From NCBI RefSeq assembly GCF_004010195.1, contig NC_057719.1:79345678-79409677 (forward strand): 64,000 bases of DNA, written 5' to 3'. This DNA comes from Chiloscyllium plagiosum (Eukaryota). Positions 38,321 to 50,907 of this stretch are shown one piece after another. The translations under genes were made by a program, and so were the position numbers. Numbering within the stretch: position 1 is the stretch's first letter; the number at the start of each line of letters is the position of its first letter. Under the pieces are notes generated by a model that was given only the letters and a program-made list of their open reading frames with translations, was not told the origin of the DNA and ran no database searches.

Positions 38321-39452
38321 GAACCCACACGGTTGGCATCATTCTGCATCGCAAACCAGTCATCCAGCCAACTGAGCTACCAGCCCCTTTACATTGTAAT
38401 CAGTGCTGATCTCTTCTGTAAGTTTAGAGTACTCATTGTACCTTACTCCTGTGCCTTTTGTTAGGATTGCTAACCTGTGTAAAGATGGATGGGGATGCAG
38501 CCAATCCGATTATAAGATAATTAGACTTTTGTCCTTTAAACTCTTGTTTCCTGTCAAACAACCCAGTAGTTTGATTAGAGACATTAAGTCTCTAAAGAAA
38601 TACTATAATGTCCGGATTGTATAAGTTTACTGACTACCCAAAAGCAATTCTGTTCCATGTCCAATTTGATTTGAGCCTTTTTCATGAACAGCTTGCTCAA
38701 CAACAAGGGTAAGTGTATTTTACTTGACGTTACGTGTGTGCTGAGAAGGTGGCTTGCCCAGACCAGAATTCAAATTCCCTTAATAACAACTCAATAGTGC
38801 TGGAAATCTGAAACCAATGCAGAGAATGCTGGAGAAACTCAAAGGTCTGGCAGCATCTGGGGAGAGGGGATCATAGAATCCCTACAGTGTGGAAGCAGGC
38901 CGTTCAACCTGTCAAGCCCACACCAACCTTGGAAGAGGCTTTGTGCGTGGGAAATTGCATCTCTCAAACTTGATGGAGTTTTTTTTATTAAGGATGTAAC
39001 CAAACTGATAGATGAAGGCAGAGTGGTAGATGTTGTCTACGTGGACTTCAGTAAAGACTTTGACAAGATGGTAGACTGGTTAGTAAAGTTAGCTCACATG
39101 GAATTCAGGGGGAGCATGCCAGTTGGATACAAAATTCGCTTGACGTTAGGAGACAGAGGGTGGTGGTGGAGGGTTGCTTTTCAGACTAGAGGCCTGTGAC
39201 CAGTGGTGTTCCATAGGAATTAGTGCTGGGTCCACTGTTGTTTGTCATTTATAAAAATGCTTGAGCTGAGATTATCAGAAGCATGGTTAGTAAGTTTTAT
39301 GGATAACAGGAAAATTGCTGATGATAGTCGGCAGGGAAGAAGGTTATCTAAGATTTCAAAGGGATCTTGATCCAGTGGGCTGAGCAGTGGAAGATGTGGT
39401 TTAATTTGGATCAATGTGAGGTATTGCGTTTTGGTAAAAACAAACAGTGACT

Positions 39453-39880
39453 TGGAGATAGTGAGGACTGCTGATGCTGGAAAGTCAGAGTTGATAAGGT
39501 GTGGAGCTGGAAAAGTATAACAAGTCAAGCAGCATCTGAGGAGCTGAGAAGTCTGTTTCAGATCAGAATCTTTCATCAGGATTGGAGAAACTCAGCAGGT
39601 CTGGCACATCTGTGGGACAGTCAGAGAGTCATCCAGCACAGAAACTCAGACTCTTTGATCCAACTCACCCATGCCGCCCAGGTTTCCCAAACTAAACCAG
39701 TCCCACTGACCTGTGTTTGGCTCATATCCCTCTAAACCTTTCCTATTCATGTCCCTGTCCAAATGTCTTTTAAATGTTGTAACTCTAATCCTGATGAAAG
39801 GTTCCGACCTGAAACGTTGACTCTCTTGTTCCTCTGCTATTTGACCTGCTCTGCTTTTTCCAGCTCCACACTTTATCGAA
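39453..39880. mobile_element. Inverted pair of Penelope-derived termini (39453-39582 -, 39787-39880 +) enclosing a CR1 3' fragment
   Basis: Arms are reverse-complement related and each has a CTGATGA...GAAA core. Confidence 0.75.
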
Positions 39881-39898
39881 CCAGTACTTACACAGTTA

Positions 39899-40202
39899 GA
39901 GATTAGATTAGATTCCCTCCAGTGTGGAAACAGCCCATTAGGCCCAACAAGTCCACATCGACCCTCCGAAGAGTAACTTACCATTCCCCTACTTTTTTTT
40001 TTACCCCTGACAAAGGCACCTAACACTATGGGCAATTTAGCACGGCCAATTCACCAGACCTGCACATCATTGGATTGTGGGAGGAAACCGGAGCGCCCAG
40101 AGAAAACCCACGCAGGCACTGGGAGAATGTGCAAACTCCACGCAGTCATCCGAGGTTGGAATCAACTGGTACTGTTAGGCAGTAGTGCTAACCACTGAGC
40201 CA
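39899..40202 (-). mobile_element. HE1-like SINE nested in a CR1 LINE
   Basis: Family sequence; CR1 sequence continues on both sides. Confidence 0.85.
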
Positions 40203-42172
40203 AAGTGTCACCCTTTCATGGTAGGCCTCTGGTACTGTTGGCGAACAGAGAGACCGAGGAGTTCAGGTGAATAGTTCTTGAAAATTTGTGTCACAGGTAG
40301 GCAGGGTGGTTAAGATGTTTAGCACACTTGCCTCCATTGCTCAGACCACTGAGTACAGGAGTTGGAATGACATGTTGAGATTGTTCAGGATGTTGCTGAG
40401 GCTACTTTTGGAGTACTGTGTACAGTTCGGATTGCACTGCTATAGGAAGGATCCATTACATTGGAGAGGGTTCATGAAGAGTTTACCAGGATGTTGCTGG
40501 GAATGGAGGGTTTCAGTTATAAGGAGAGGCTTGGACTATTTTCACTGGAGCGTAGGAGGTTGAAGGGTGACCTTTTATTGTCATAGAGATGTACAGCATG
40601 GAAACAGACCCTTCGATCCAACCGGTCAGAGGTTTATAAAATCATGAGGAGCAAAGGTCTTTTCCCGAGGGTAGGGGAATTCAAAACTAGGGGGCATATT
40701 TTTAAGGTGAGAGGAGAAAGATTTATTAGGAACCTTGGAGCAACTTACCCACACAGGGTGGTTCTTATCTAGAATGAACTGCCAGAGGAAGTTTAAAAGA
40801 TATATTTGGACAGGTACACTACTAGAAGGATATGAGCCAAACACAGGCAAGTGGGACTAATTTAGTTTGGGAAACTCTGTCGGCATGAATGAGCTGGACT
40901 GGAACTTTGCTGGATGGCTCTATGACTCTCCACAGATGCTGTCAGACCTGCTGAGTTTCTCCAGCATTGTGTTCGTCGTAAATTCCCTTACCTTTGGTCC
41001 TTATTTAAAGAATCTTTTAAAGAGATTACAAGTTTTAAAAATAAAAGAATGAGAAGGCACAGCTCCAAAGCAAATGAAGGAAAAGCCACATGAGTGAAAG
41101 CTTTTTCTCCCAATGAGTCATTATGGTATGTTATCTACTGCTGGAAACATAGAGGCAGGTTCAGTTAAGTCATTCATGAGAGCATGGATGATTATATCAA
41201 AAGAAATGCTGTGCCGGGATATGTGGAAAAGGTACAGGATTGGCACGAGGCCATAGAATGGGTGCAGATACAATGGGCTGAATGGCCTTCTATAATGTAA
41301 CAATGCAGTGACATTGTAACCAATTAACTCCACACAATGTAGGTGTGCTCCTCTGTTCAACACAGCACAGTTAAACTCATCTGTTACTCTCCCTGTTACT
41401 AGAACCCTTGCATCTGCCTGATCGGTTTCACCATCCCGGGGCAGCCAAAGTAGGTGTTCCAATGGTGTCTGAGAATGGAGCGAGTAAATGTGTTGCTGTT
41501 TGTGAGACCATGTAGTGAAAAGAATGGTGATTGCTGTCTGTTGTGTAAGAGACTAGTGTTATGTGGAAATGTTAATGGAGTAGACACACCATGGCAAGCA
41601 TGAGGTGTGGCCTATGACATTGCAAGTCCTCTGAAAACCCAAACTCATGATTCTAGACCAAAGGAGATGGAGCAATGTGGAAACAGCTCAATGAAGCCCG
41701 ATAAGGGTCTCTTCTCCACATTTCAGCTGTCAGTACTTGGCCTCGGAGTCTGATGTTCACATGCTCAGCTGCCCCAGTGCACAGACTTGACGGTGTAATC
41801 CAGGGGAACTCTCTGATATAGGACTGAGGGAGTGCTGCACTGTCAGACAAAACAATAAACTGTGGGAGGCACAGGAGGACAGGAGCAGAATTCTCTTTGA
41901 AGACCTGGTTGCTATATATTAGAAATTGATCATCATCTCATTGATGTAGGAGCAGATGAAGAGCCATCTAGACTTGAAACATTAGCTTGCTCTCTCTTCA
42001 TGGGTGCTGAGTGACCTGCGTGATGCCCAAAATTTGTTGTTTCCATTATCTCATTGATGGTTGTGGGCTCTTGCTGTGTGCAAATAACATCTGCGATTTT
42101 TAGCCTAGGCTGGTGACAGGTACTTTAGGATGTCCTGCAGTCGTGAAAGGAGGGACATGAGAATCATTTCTT

Positions 42173-42195
42173 TGTGTGTGTGTGTGTGTGTGTGT
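42173..42195. repeat. (TG)n microsatellite
   Basis: About 11 TG units; (GA)n tracts also at about 2896-2912 and 30736-30756. Confidence 0.9.
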
Positions 42196-44284
42196 ACGCG
42201 TATGTACAAGGCAGGCGTGGTTGGAAACAGCCCCAGGCAGCCCTGCTCTATCAGTTGAGAGTGTTGACCTGTCTGTCTTATGTGTGTCGCCTTCAGAGGG
42301 TGGGATGTGAGCACCATCCCATATCTCACTCCGTTTACTTGGCACCTGGGCTGTGTGTGTGTTTTTTCCGTTCAAGAGCCTGGGTCATTCGGAGCTAATG
42401 ACAAGAGCTGACACGGTTTCCTTTGCACTTAAAGAAGTCAACACTGACTAAACATTGTGCATGGGCCAAGCCAGTCCTGTCCAATCAACTCCTTGCACTT
42501 TATCAGCCTGAAAACCTGGAATCAAGGGCAGTTATGTTGAATTCACCAGCTCTCCATACCTCTTGGTGACAACGCTAAACCACTTGGCAGCACCACTATC
42601 TATGGTGTCATGTGCATGAGCTCTAAGGTGCTGGTACTGAGGTCCCTGGCTGTTTTTGAAGTCTGAATGCTTTAGAGGGGCTAAAGGCAGGCTGCTCTTG
42701 TGATGGAATATCTTCCTGGAAAGTTGTTGAGCACTTTGCATCAATGGGGAAACCACTTGCTGCCCCTCAGCCAGTGTCTGTGGATCCACTGCTTAATACG
42801 TTAGACCCTGAAGAGGCACTTGAGCGCCAGTACTGTTCACTCACATTTCTCAATCATGACACTCCTAGGCTGAGTCTTCAATCAAGTACAGTGTGACAGC
42901 AATTGCAATAAAGAATCAGGATTAACATTGATGTCAGCTTTGACTCAACAGCATCACTCCCGTCTCTTGGGTGCTGTCTTATAGATGAGATGTTAAACAA
43001 TTTTAATCTCTATGACCCTCTCGGATGGATGTGGAAGCTTCCACAGTCGCAATTGAAAGATGAGCAGGGCAACTCTTCTCAATGTCCTGGTCAATACTCA
43101 AACCTGATATTTGTAACACTCTCTATTTATTCCATTGCTGTTTGTGAGAGCTTGCTGTGTACAAATTGGCAGCCCATATTTCCTCTGTAACAGCGTTGTC
43201 TGTGCTTTAAATATGCTTCATTGGTTTTAGAACGTTTGGGAGGCGCTGAAGTTTTGAAAGGTGCTACGTGAATGTGATTTGTTATTATAAATTCAAATCT
43301 CGGAGCATCTTGTGGTAACGTTGCAATCTTTGGGGCCTGAAGTTCTAGGTTCAAGTCCCACCTGCCACAGATGTGTGTTTAAAAAGGTTGTTTAAAAGTA
43401 CTTGAATGCAAACCTGTTTTCTTTCTTTCTTGGCAAAGTGGCATACAAGGTGGGATACACCCTCCGATTGAACACCTTCTGGGCTTTTCATTGGCTGCAA
43501 GAATGAGAGTGAGTAAACAAGGTGCTTCCAATGAAAGTCTGTTATATCGTGGAGGTATAACAACAAGCACTTGCACTTAGAGGTATCATCTTTCAGTGCA
43601 AGGAGAGAAAAGTGGCCCACAGTGCACTTGAAAGGTCAGTGCTGAAGTGGACGACCAGATGGCTGATGGCGTAACTTTTAAGGAGTGCTTTGAAGGGGAA
43701 GACTGGGCTAAAGAGAAAACTGTTGAGCTGAGGGCCTGGCAGCTAAAGGGTATGGCTGTCAGTTTGGAAGCTAGAATCTGAGTAATGTGTGAGAGGCCAG
43801 AATTGGACAGACACAGGAATCCCAGAAATTTGCTCAGGTTGCCAATCCTCCAGGTCTGGCGAATTGGAGATCATCCTCCAGGACACTGCTGTGTGCAAAC
43901 CTGGAGAAAAATCTAAGGAACGTCAGGGTTTTTTTTTACATTTCTTTTTGTCATTTCCTCTTCACCAGATGTAAAAACGTGGAGAATTGCAAAACGGTCT
44001 TGCTGTGAGTTAGGTTACAGGAAGCAAATCAAATGGCTAACCAGGAAATCATTTGAATAAAAGCATCTGGAGTAATGTCACCTTTCAAATATCGTTAAGT
44101 GCAGTCAATATTTTTTAAATGCCCGGTACCACCTTTTATTTTTTGGGTAGTTGTGCACAGCTGGTAGTTCACATAGAGTAAGACCATGTAGTACTTCCCA
44201 GTCTGCTGTGTGGTCACAAATATATGCAATGTTGCAGGAACGTAAGTGTATTGCATCAGCAACGAAGGCCAAAGGGTTTCAGCT

Positions 44285-44935
44285 GCCGTTGAGTTGTTAT
44301 TATTGTCACATGTACCTGGGTACAGTGAAAAGCATGGGTTTGCGTGCAGCACAGGCAGATCATAACAAGGCGCACAACACCAGGTTATAGAACAACAGGT
44401 TTATCTGAAATCACGAGCTTTCAGAGCACTGCTCCTTTGTCAGGTGAACTGCATTAGGGCAATAGACCGGGTGAAGAATACAATGTTACTGCTTCAGAGT
44501 AGGCGCACACAGAGCAAAATCTGCATCAAATGTAAAATTTGAGAGGTCCATCCAGGAGTCTAACAACGGTGGGGGAGAAGCTGTCCTTGAAGCTGTTGGT
44601 ACATGTGTTTAAGATTTCAGTCTGACAGAAGAGGTTGGAAGAGATTATAACCAGGCTGGGAGGGGTCTTTGGTGATGATGGCTGCCCTCCTGAGGCAGCA
44701 GGAAGTAGAGATGGAGTCAGTGGATGGAAGGTTGGCTTGCGTGATAGACTGGACAGTGTTCACAACCGTCTGTATTTCTCGCAGTCCTGGGCAGAGCAGT
44801 TGCCATACCAAGCCGTGACGTATCTGGATAGGATGCTTTCTATGGTGCATCTAAACAAACTATTGAAGAGTCTTTATGGACATGTTGAATTTCCTTAGCC
44901 TCCTGAGGAAGTTGAGATGATGTTGTGCTTTCTTG
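44285..44935 (-). mobile_element. Rex1/Babar-like LINE 3' fragment
   Basis: Collinear with 22125-22710; VVNTVQSITQANLPSTDSISTSCCLRRAAIITKDPSQPGYNLFQPL. Confidence 0.7.
44372..44447 (-). mobile_element. Short element of a third Penelope-like family, nested in a Rex/Babar-like LINE
   Basis: Minus strand reads cacCTGACAA-aggagcagtgctct-GAAA-gctc (decayed core). A related fragment lies at about 57720-57775. Confidence 0.55.
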
Positions 44936-45404
44936 CACAAGAGAGTGGCAAGAGAATGGTGATCTTATGGAGGTGTAAGGTGACAGTCTTGGAGAGGATG
45001 TAAGATTGGAAACTCAGCTCAAGGTAAAGTAAGACTCTGCGGTTGCAAGTGTACAGGCTAGGGAAGTACACCTTTACTCATAAGTTTAGTCACCGAGCAT
45101 GTTCGAAGGACCTGCATCATATTGAGGTCAGATCACATGAACATGGAGCATGGTTCAGTAGGGCTCCAAGTGAGATGTCCTCTCTTACCATCCTTTGTAT
45201 ATAGTGATGTTCAATACAGATGTTGCTGTTCACTCACACGCAACAGCAAGCAGTCAGACTGAGCCCCTGAAAGTGGTCAGGCAGGGATTAGGATGTAGTT
45301 GGTGATGCAGGAATGGAATTTGTGAATGAAGACAGAAGCTACCAAAATTGACCTTCGTCCACAGGTGGCATATCTAACCTGTGTCTCCTCTTCTCCCTCA
45401 CCAG

Positions 45405-45505
45405 GACTATCTTGGTTATATCATTGATGCTCTGGACCTGCCTATCCGTCCTGAACATGTCTGTGCCCTGTTTGGAAACATTGAGGACATCTACGAGTTT
45501 AACAG
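45405..45505 (+). CDS. PLEKHG3: RhoGEF DH exon (DYLGYIIDALDLPIRPEHVCALFGNIEDIYEFN)
   Basis: ctccctcaccAG acceptor, CAG|GTACAG donor; 101 nt, phase 0 to 2; LFGNIEDIY DH motif. Confidence 0.95.
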
Positions 45506-46403
45506 GTACAGGGAGGGAATCTGGCTTCACTTTGCATTTGTCATTTTATTTTCGTTCTCATCACCAGTTGCTTTTGCTTTTTTAAAAAAAAAGTGTCCTC
45601 ATTTTACTTTCACCTTGCTTTTCCCTTAATAAATTCCTCTCTATAACTCTTTACGAGCTGTTTGTCTCATTTAGGATTTCACTGACCTAATTAAAGTTAG
45701 CAGTTTCAGTGGTGCCTTTGGAAAGGGAATTGTAAAAGGGACACATTTGCAGGACTCTGGGCAAAGATCAGTGGAGTGAGACCCTATTGGATAGGTCTTT
45801 GAAAAAGCTAGTACAGGCATGATGGGCCAAATGGCTTCCTGTAATGTTAAATGCCATTGATCCCTGTGCTTTCTCAGATATATAAGCAATGCACGCAGCC
45901 TGCAGAGTATATACCCTTGTTCTAGTGTTTGTGGGGTCTTTACCTGTATGAGTGAGCACAGTAGGTGTTGTTTTTAGATTAGTTGAGAAGCAGAATGTCA
46001 CAAATGTGGAGTACCATGTGAAGTTTCTCCCGCTCTTGCTTCCGATCATTGTAAACACGAGAATGTTGATGTATTGCTTTTCTGATGGGTTTTTGTTGTA
46101 ACAGGGTCACCACGGTGAACTCTTGGGTGGCTAATTCAACTACCAACTGACTTGGAGAAGCAAACCACAGATGGGAGATGTTTGTTTCTGTGATTCAGGC
46201 TTGCCAAGGCTTTTGTATTTGTACCTGCGTGACTCAGCTACTGCCTAATTCCAACCTAATTTGCATTTGCAGACAAGCCGTTTACATATATCGCCACAGT
46301 TTGATCAGAATGAGCAGCAGAGGCCTCATCTGGTTTCTGTCGCTGTGAAATAAGTTTTATCCAGCAATGACTGCCGGTCAGCTGTTTATATAGAATCACC
46401 TGT

Positions 46404-46545
46404 TGGTGGATCACTGTTAGATCCGGAGTCACTGGGTGGATCACTGTTAGATCCCGAGCCCCTAGGTAGATCGACACTAGATTCCAAGCCCCTGGGTAGA
46501 TCGGTGCGAGACCCCGGGCCCCTGGGTAGATCACTGTTGGATTTT
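46404..46545. repeat. 30-bp minisatellite, about 5 units
   Basis: Unit approx. ccctgggtagatcactgttagatcccgagc. Confidence 0.85.
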
Positions 46546-46846
46546 GACATACTTGGTTAGTCTGATGCTGGCTGAATCACTGTTTAGATTCTTAGACACT
46601 GGCCCTATGGCACCAGCCCCTCGTTATTCCACTCACCCTTCCCTTCCCTCCCTCCCCTCCCAACACCCTGCCCCCAATGGTGGATGAAGCATCTTGATGT
46701 GAACCTTGCTGTGGTAACTGGCGCACATTTTAGTATCAATATTTCCACTGTGTTCTGGGCAATTTCAAATTAACTGTGATACATTGTTGGCTCTGTTGTT
46801 TGTCTCGCAATCTCATTGCTGTATATTAATTTTTGCCTTCGTACAG

Positions 46847-46865
46847 GATTACTCCCCTTCTGGAG
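46847..46865 (+). other. Candidate 19-nt frame-shifting microexon
   Basis: tttttgccttcgtacAG|GATTACTCCCCTTCTGGAG|GTGAGT; downstream TGCATG x2 and YCAY cluster. Confidence 0.55.
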
Positions 46866-48083
46866 GTGAGTTGTGTACATGATCCTGGAACTTTCCTCAT
46901 CTAATGTTTTCCCTCTCTCCTTTCAGCACTGTGCATCTGCATGTGTGTCCATCTGTGTCTGGCTGCACATGACCATCTTGAATCTTTCTCTTTCTCTTTC
47001 TGTCTCTCTCATTCTGTGCATGTCGAGTGGAGCTCTCTGCAGTCTCAGCATCTGCACCATCCTCATTCCTTTGGCCTTTGTCACTGTGTGTGCTGTAACT
47101 GGTGAAAGAAGAAGAGCTGATGTCAGTGATGCCTCTGGCCTTCCATGTTCACTTTTGTGGGAATGTGAGGAACAGATTGGAGTTGTCCATCGGAGCAACC
47201 ACTGGAGGCTTTGGAACCAGTGGCTGATGGACCTTTACACCCACAAAGTCTCAAATTGTAAATTCTCACCGTCTCATTTAGTTCTGTCCTTGGCCTTGCC
47301 TCTCCATGTCCTGATGGTCTCTGCTGTTCCAGCAAGCCTCTGCATTTTTCTCAATCTGCCTCCCTGTGAAACTGCCGTTCTCTTTTCACCAAGATTGGAA
47401 ACTATCATTTCATATGGACGTAGCCTAGGTGTTTGGAATGATTTTGTGAAAATATTTTGAAGGGCTCATTGCCAGATGTTTGTCTTCCTCTTCCATCTCT
47501 CCCTTCTCCAAAAGGGATAGTCAAAGTGCGATGTTGCATAGTGGAATGGACAGTCACTGCGCAGTGTTGGACATTTTGACTGTTGGGGGGTGATGTAAAT
47601 TGGTGATAGCAACTTCACTTGAAATAAAGTTGGAATATTGTGAACTTGGCTCCCCTGTTTTATTTATGTATCAAAACCAAGTCAAGCATCCCTGTTGTCA
47701 GCTGAAAGGGATGCAAATAGTTTGGCTTGCAAGCTGTAAATATTTTTGTGTAGATAACATCACGTTTCCCATTTCCTTTGCAGGCAAATGTATGCAAACC
47801 CATTGTTTGAATTATCCAGGACGTGGTCATTTATTTTGATGTTTGGTGGCCTAATGTTTGTTTGTTTTTTCTCTCCCTCTTCCCTCCTTCTGTTTCTCAT
47901 CCTCTTCAATATCTACTTCCTCTTGTCTGTCTGTTTATCTAAATGCATTCTGTTCTCTGCTCACTCTCTCCATCGCCTGCTCCCTCTAATCTGTCTCCCT
48001 ACCCATTCTCCCACTTTTTCTCTGTCCTCCTACCTCTCTCCCTCTCTGTCCTGTCCTCTTTTCTCCACACACACTCTTCACAG

Positions 48084-48153
48084 TGACCTGCTGCAAGACC
48101 TTGATAGCTGTCACCATGACCCTGTGGCCATTGCCAGATGCTTTGTGGACAAG
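48084..48153 (+). CDS. PLEKHG3: RhoGEF DH exon (sDLLQDLDSCHHDPVAIARCFVDK)
   Basis: Long CT-rich tract + CAG acceptor, AAG|GTGAGG donor; 70 nt, phase 2 to 0. Confidence 0.95.
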
Positions 48154-49381
48154 GTGAGGCACACTTTTTAACTCATTGTCAGAATCCTGACCGTTGTCTA
48201 CTGCAGGCTGTGGTGAGGGCCCAAGACTCATGAGGGAGATGATCTCCCTCAAGTGGTGCTCTGTTTGGTTTAGAAGCCTCTGTGCTGTTTTATTTGACGT
48301 TATTGTTACACTCTAAGTATGGACAGCCAGGAGGTGTGTGCAGTGGGGCCAATGGGCTTCAACACCTGTATTCTGGGCTGGTTTGAAGATAGTTCTCTGA
48401 GGAGCATGCACAGCCTGATCAAGACTGTCCTTCTCTGACCTGGACCATACTTGTCTTGGTGGAGAAAGTCTTGAGATGCAGTAGGTATCATCCTTATAGC
48501 TTGACAAGAACCTCAGGGTTCAGGTTTCCTCTCCACTCCTTCCAATTTTCCATGTTCACTGCCCTGAATGGGAACAGGGACTACAATTTTAAAAAGTGGA
48601 CACTGTAAAAGAATCCGAGCTGTATAAATGGGAAACTTGTTGACACATAAACCTATCCTTATCAAGGATGAACAGGTTTGTGCCATGAAACTACAAATTG
48701 CATTTATATATTATCATGGATATAATAAAATATTGCACATCATTCCACAAATAGAAAAATAAGATGGTGAGGGGGTGGAGACCGTGTCAAGACCGCTAAA
48801 GCAGTGACCTCACTGTCTGAAAGAACACTTCCTGACCAGGTACATCAAGGGTTTAAATACAGAGTAAAGTGACTTGCACACTGTTCCATCCAAAGGCGAG
48901 TAAGTACTGGAATCACCATCAGAAATGTTAACTAGTACATAGCTAGGTAGATGTGTTTCTGGCACATATTTTGCTCAACTTGATGAGCAAAATGAATTGA
49001 GAATGGATCTGGGTTTGATTCAATGTGAGAGTTGCAGACAAGTTTGATTACACAGGCTAAGCTAAACAACAGGGTAACACAATCAGATAAACACAATGAC
49101 ACAGTCAGATCCCATGGTAACACAATGAACATAGGTAGTCACCTACTTTCCTGACCTTGATATATGACGTACAAACCTGTAACCAAATCCCAAGTGGGTA
49201 AAAACATCATTTATCACATTATGGACCAAGCTTTGACATAGTTTTCTCTTTAAACAGTCTGCTGGTACTTGGAAAGATCTTACAGGACTACAACAGTGGG
49301 AACAATCAATCATATCTCAGTCATTGGGTTGTAACCAAGTTACTTAGTGGCAAAAAGAAGCAGAACCATCAATATTTAGGA

Positions 49382-49599
49382 CAGGGTTTTTCAAATTCCT
49401 TTTTGACTGTGACCCCATTTTGGAAATTTTCATGAACCCTCTGTGAGAGCAGGAAGCGGAGTGGAGGGGAGTAAAGGGTGAGCTGAAAGGAGATGGGTTT
49501 GAGTTGCACAGCAGCTATTGCTGCCTCTGTGCTGGCAACTCTAAAATTGAAGCTTATGACCCAACTTGGGATCCCAACCCCTCACTTTGGGAAGTCCTG
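49382..49599. mobile_element. hAT/Charlie-like MITE
   Basis: TIRs cagggtttttcaaa / tttgggaagtcctg; 8-bp flanks atttagga and attcaaga (6/8 match). Confidence 0.6.
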
Positions 49600-50299
49600 A
49601 TTCAAGAACATAGAGTGATGAACGAAAAACCTCTCAAAGTCCATTCAGTTCATTTTCGGCCATTGTGATGGTCAAGGGGTTGCCATCTATGGCAATAATT
49701 CTGTTATTTGGTCCACAGCAGTGAGGCAAACTCCAGTGATAAACAGCATTAGGAACCATATTCGCCTCTCACCTGCTACATTTATCATGTCAGGTTTTCC
49801 CTCATTATTGGCCCAAAGGTTTCATTCTGCTTTTCATGTCTTGTGAGGGATTGCCTGGCTTCTGGGGTATGGAAACATTTGGTCATGACCCTCCGGACAT
49901 CATGAAGTGGGCAGGCTTGATGGAGAATTCAACCTTTTTCTGTCCAGTGACTTTTAGTTTGTATGTTCCATACCTCATATTCATCATGCACCGAATCCCA
50001 CTTGTTGTAAGAATTCTGCCTTACGGTACTCCGTTGTAATGGACAAGAGCCAAGGCTCCAGAACCACACTTGGATGTTAGATAAGAGCTGAATTGGAGTC
50101 TGCTATGAGTGTTCCTTACACATGAGCACATTGCCTGGTGCAAACCTGTTTGAGCCAGTATCATTGTATAAATCATTATGCTCCTATTTTGACCATAAGC
50201 TAACAGGAGTTAGGTAAGTAGGGATGACAGGAGGGGTCACTGGTTTGGATTTCCTACAGTTCACCGGCCATACAATTCATAGATTGTTCTCTGTTGCAG

Positions 50300-50346
50300 A
50301 GTCAGGATTTTGATATCTACACCCAATACTGCACCAACTACCCCAA
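50300..50346 (+). CDS. PLEKHG3: RhoGEF DH exon (SQDFDIYTQYCTNYPn)
   Basis: ttctctgttgcAG acceptor, AA|GTAAGT donor; 47 nt, phase 0 to 2; FDIYTQYCTNYP DH motif. Not in the ORF track. Confidence 0.95.
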
Positions 50347-50587
50347 GTAAGTAATTTTCTGTCCAAATGATCACCTTGTTTATCTATTTCAGTAATTTGC
50401 ACACTGGGGCTGTGTAACAATACTGGCACTAGTTTGATAGTCAAATGACCTCCTCAATTCTTTGCACTATTAAATTCCATCTTCCTGCATCACCAGCCCT
50501 TATATCTTTTAGCTGCTATCCTCAACAGTGTTTGTGCCAATTTCTTGTTTCTCTATTAAAGCATCTCTTCCTCTTTCCTCTCCGCAG

Positions 50588-50738
50588 CTCTGTGGCAGCG
50601 CTGACCGAGTGCATGAGGAACAAGATCCTGGCCAAGTTCTTCAGGGAGCGTCAGTCCACTCTAAAGCGCAATCTCCCACTGGGCTCTTACCTGCTGAAGC
50701 CAGTTCAGCGGATCCTCAAGTACCATCTGCTGCTGCAG
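50588..50738 (+). CDS. PLEKHG3: RhoGEF DH exon ([50 protein letters not shown])
   Basis: ctctccgcAG acceptor, CAG|GTATGA donor; 151 nt; hallmark DH motif [15 protein letters not shown]. Confidence 0.97.
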
Positions 50739-50907
50739 GTATGACCGTAGTGGCTGGGCGAACGCAGGAGCAAGGGCTCAAACTCCAAATTACGGTGGAC
50801 AGCAGTCCAGAAACTCTGTACACCTACATAAGGGCAATGCTAGACAATGGTTCTGCTTTGTGTATCTATTTCAGATTGATATTGGGATAAGACCATATTG
50901 TTCAATT

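Larger units (their letters stand above)
38938..40930 (+). mobile_element. CR1 LINE reverse-transcriptase region split by nested insertions (39450-40215)
   Basis: DEGRVVDVVYVDFSKDFDK motif at about 39010-39066; resumes with EYRSWNDMLRLFRMLLRLLLEYCVQF and the 3' tail. Confidence 0.88.

Noticed and set aside
38684..38714. ATG...AAGG|GTAAGT mini-exon (MNSLLNNK)
   Set aside because: Ends in phase 1 while the next exon (45405) needs phase 0; no other support.
46873..47460. Longest ORF in the track (195 aa, hydrophobic); the AG at 46925-46926 would be in frame after the microexon
   Set aside because: GTG start, composition explained by TC/TG-rich intron, no recognisable domain, and the implied intron would be only 61 nt. 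Kept only as a remote alternative terminal exon.
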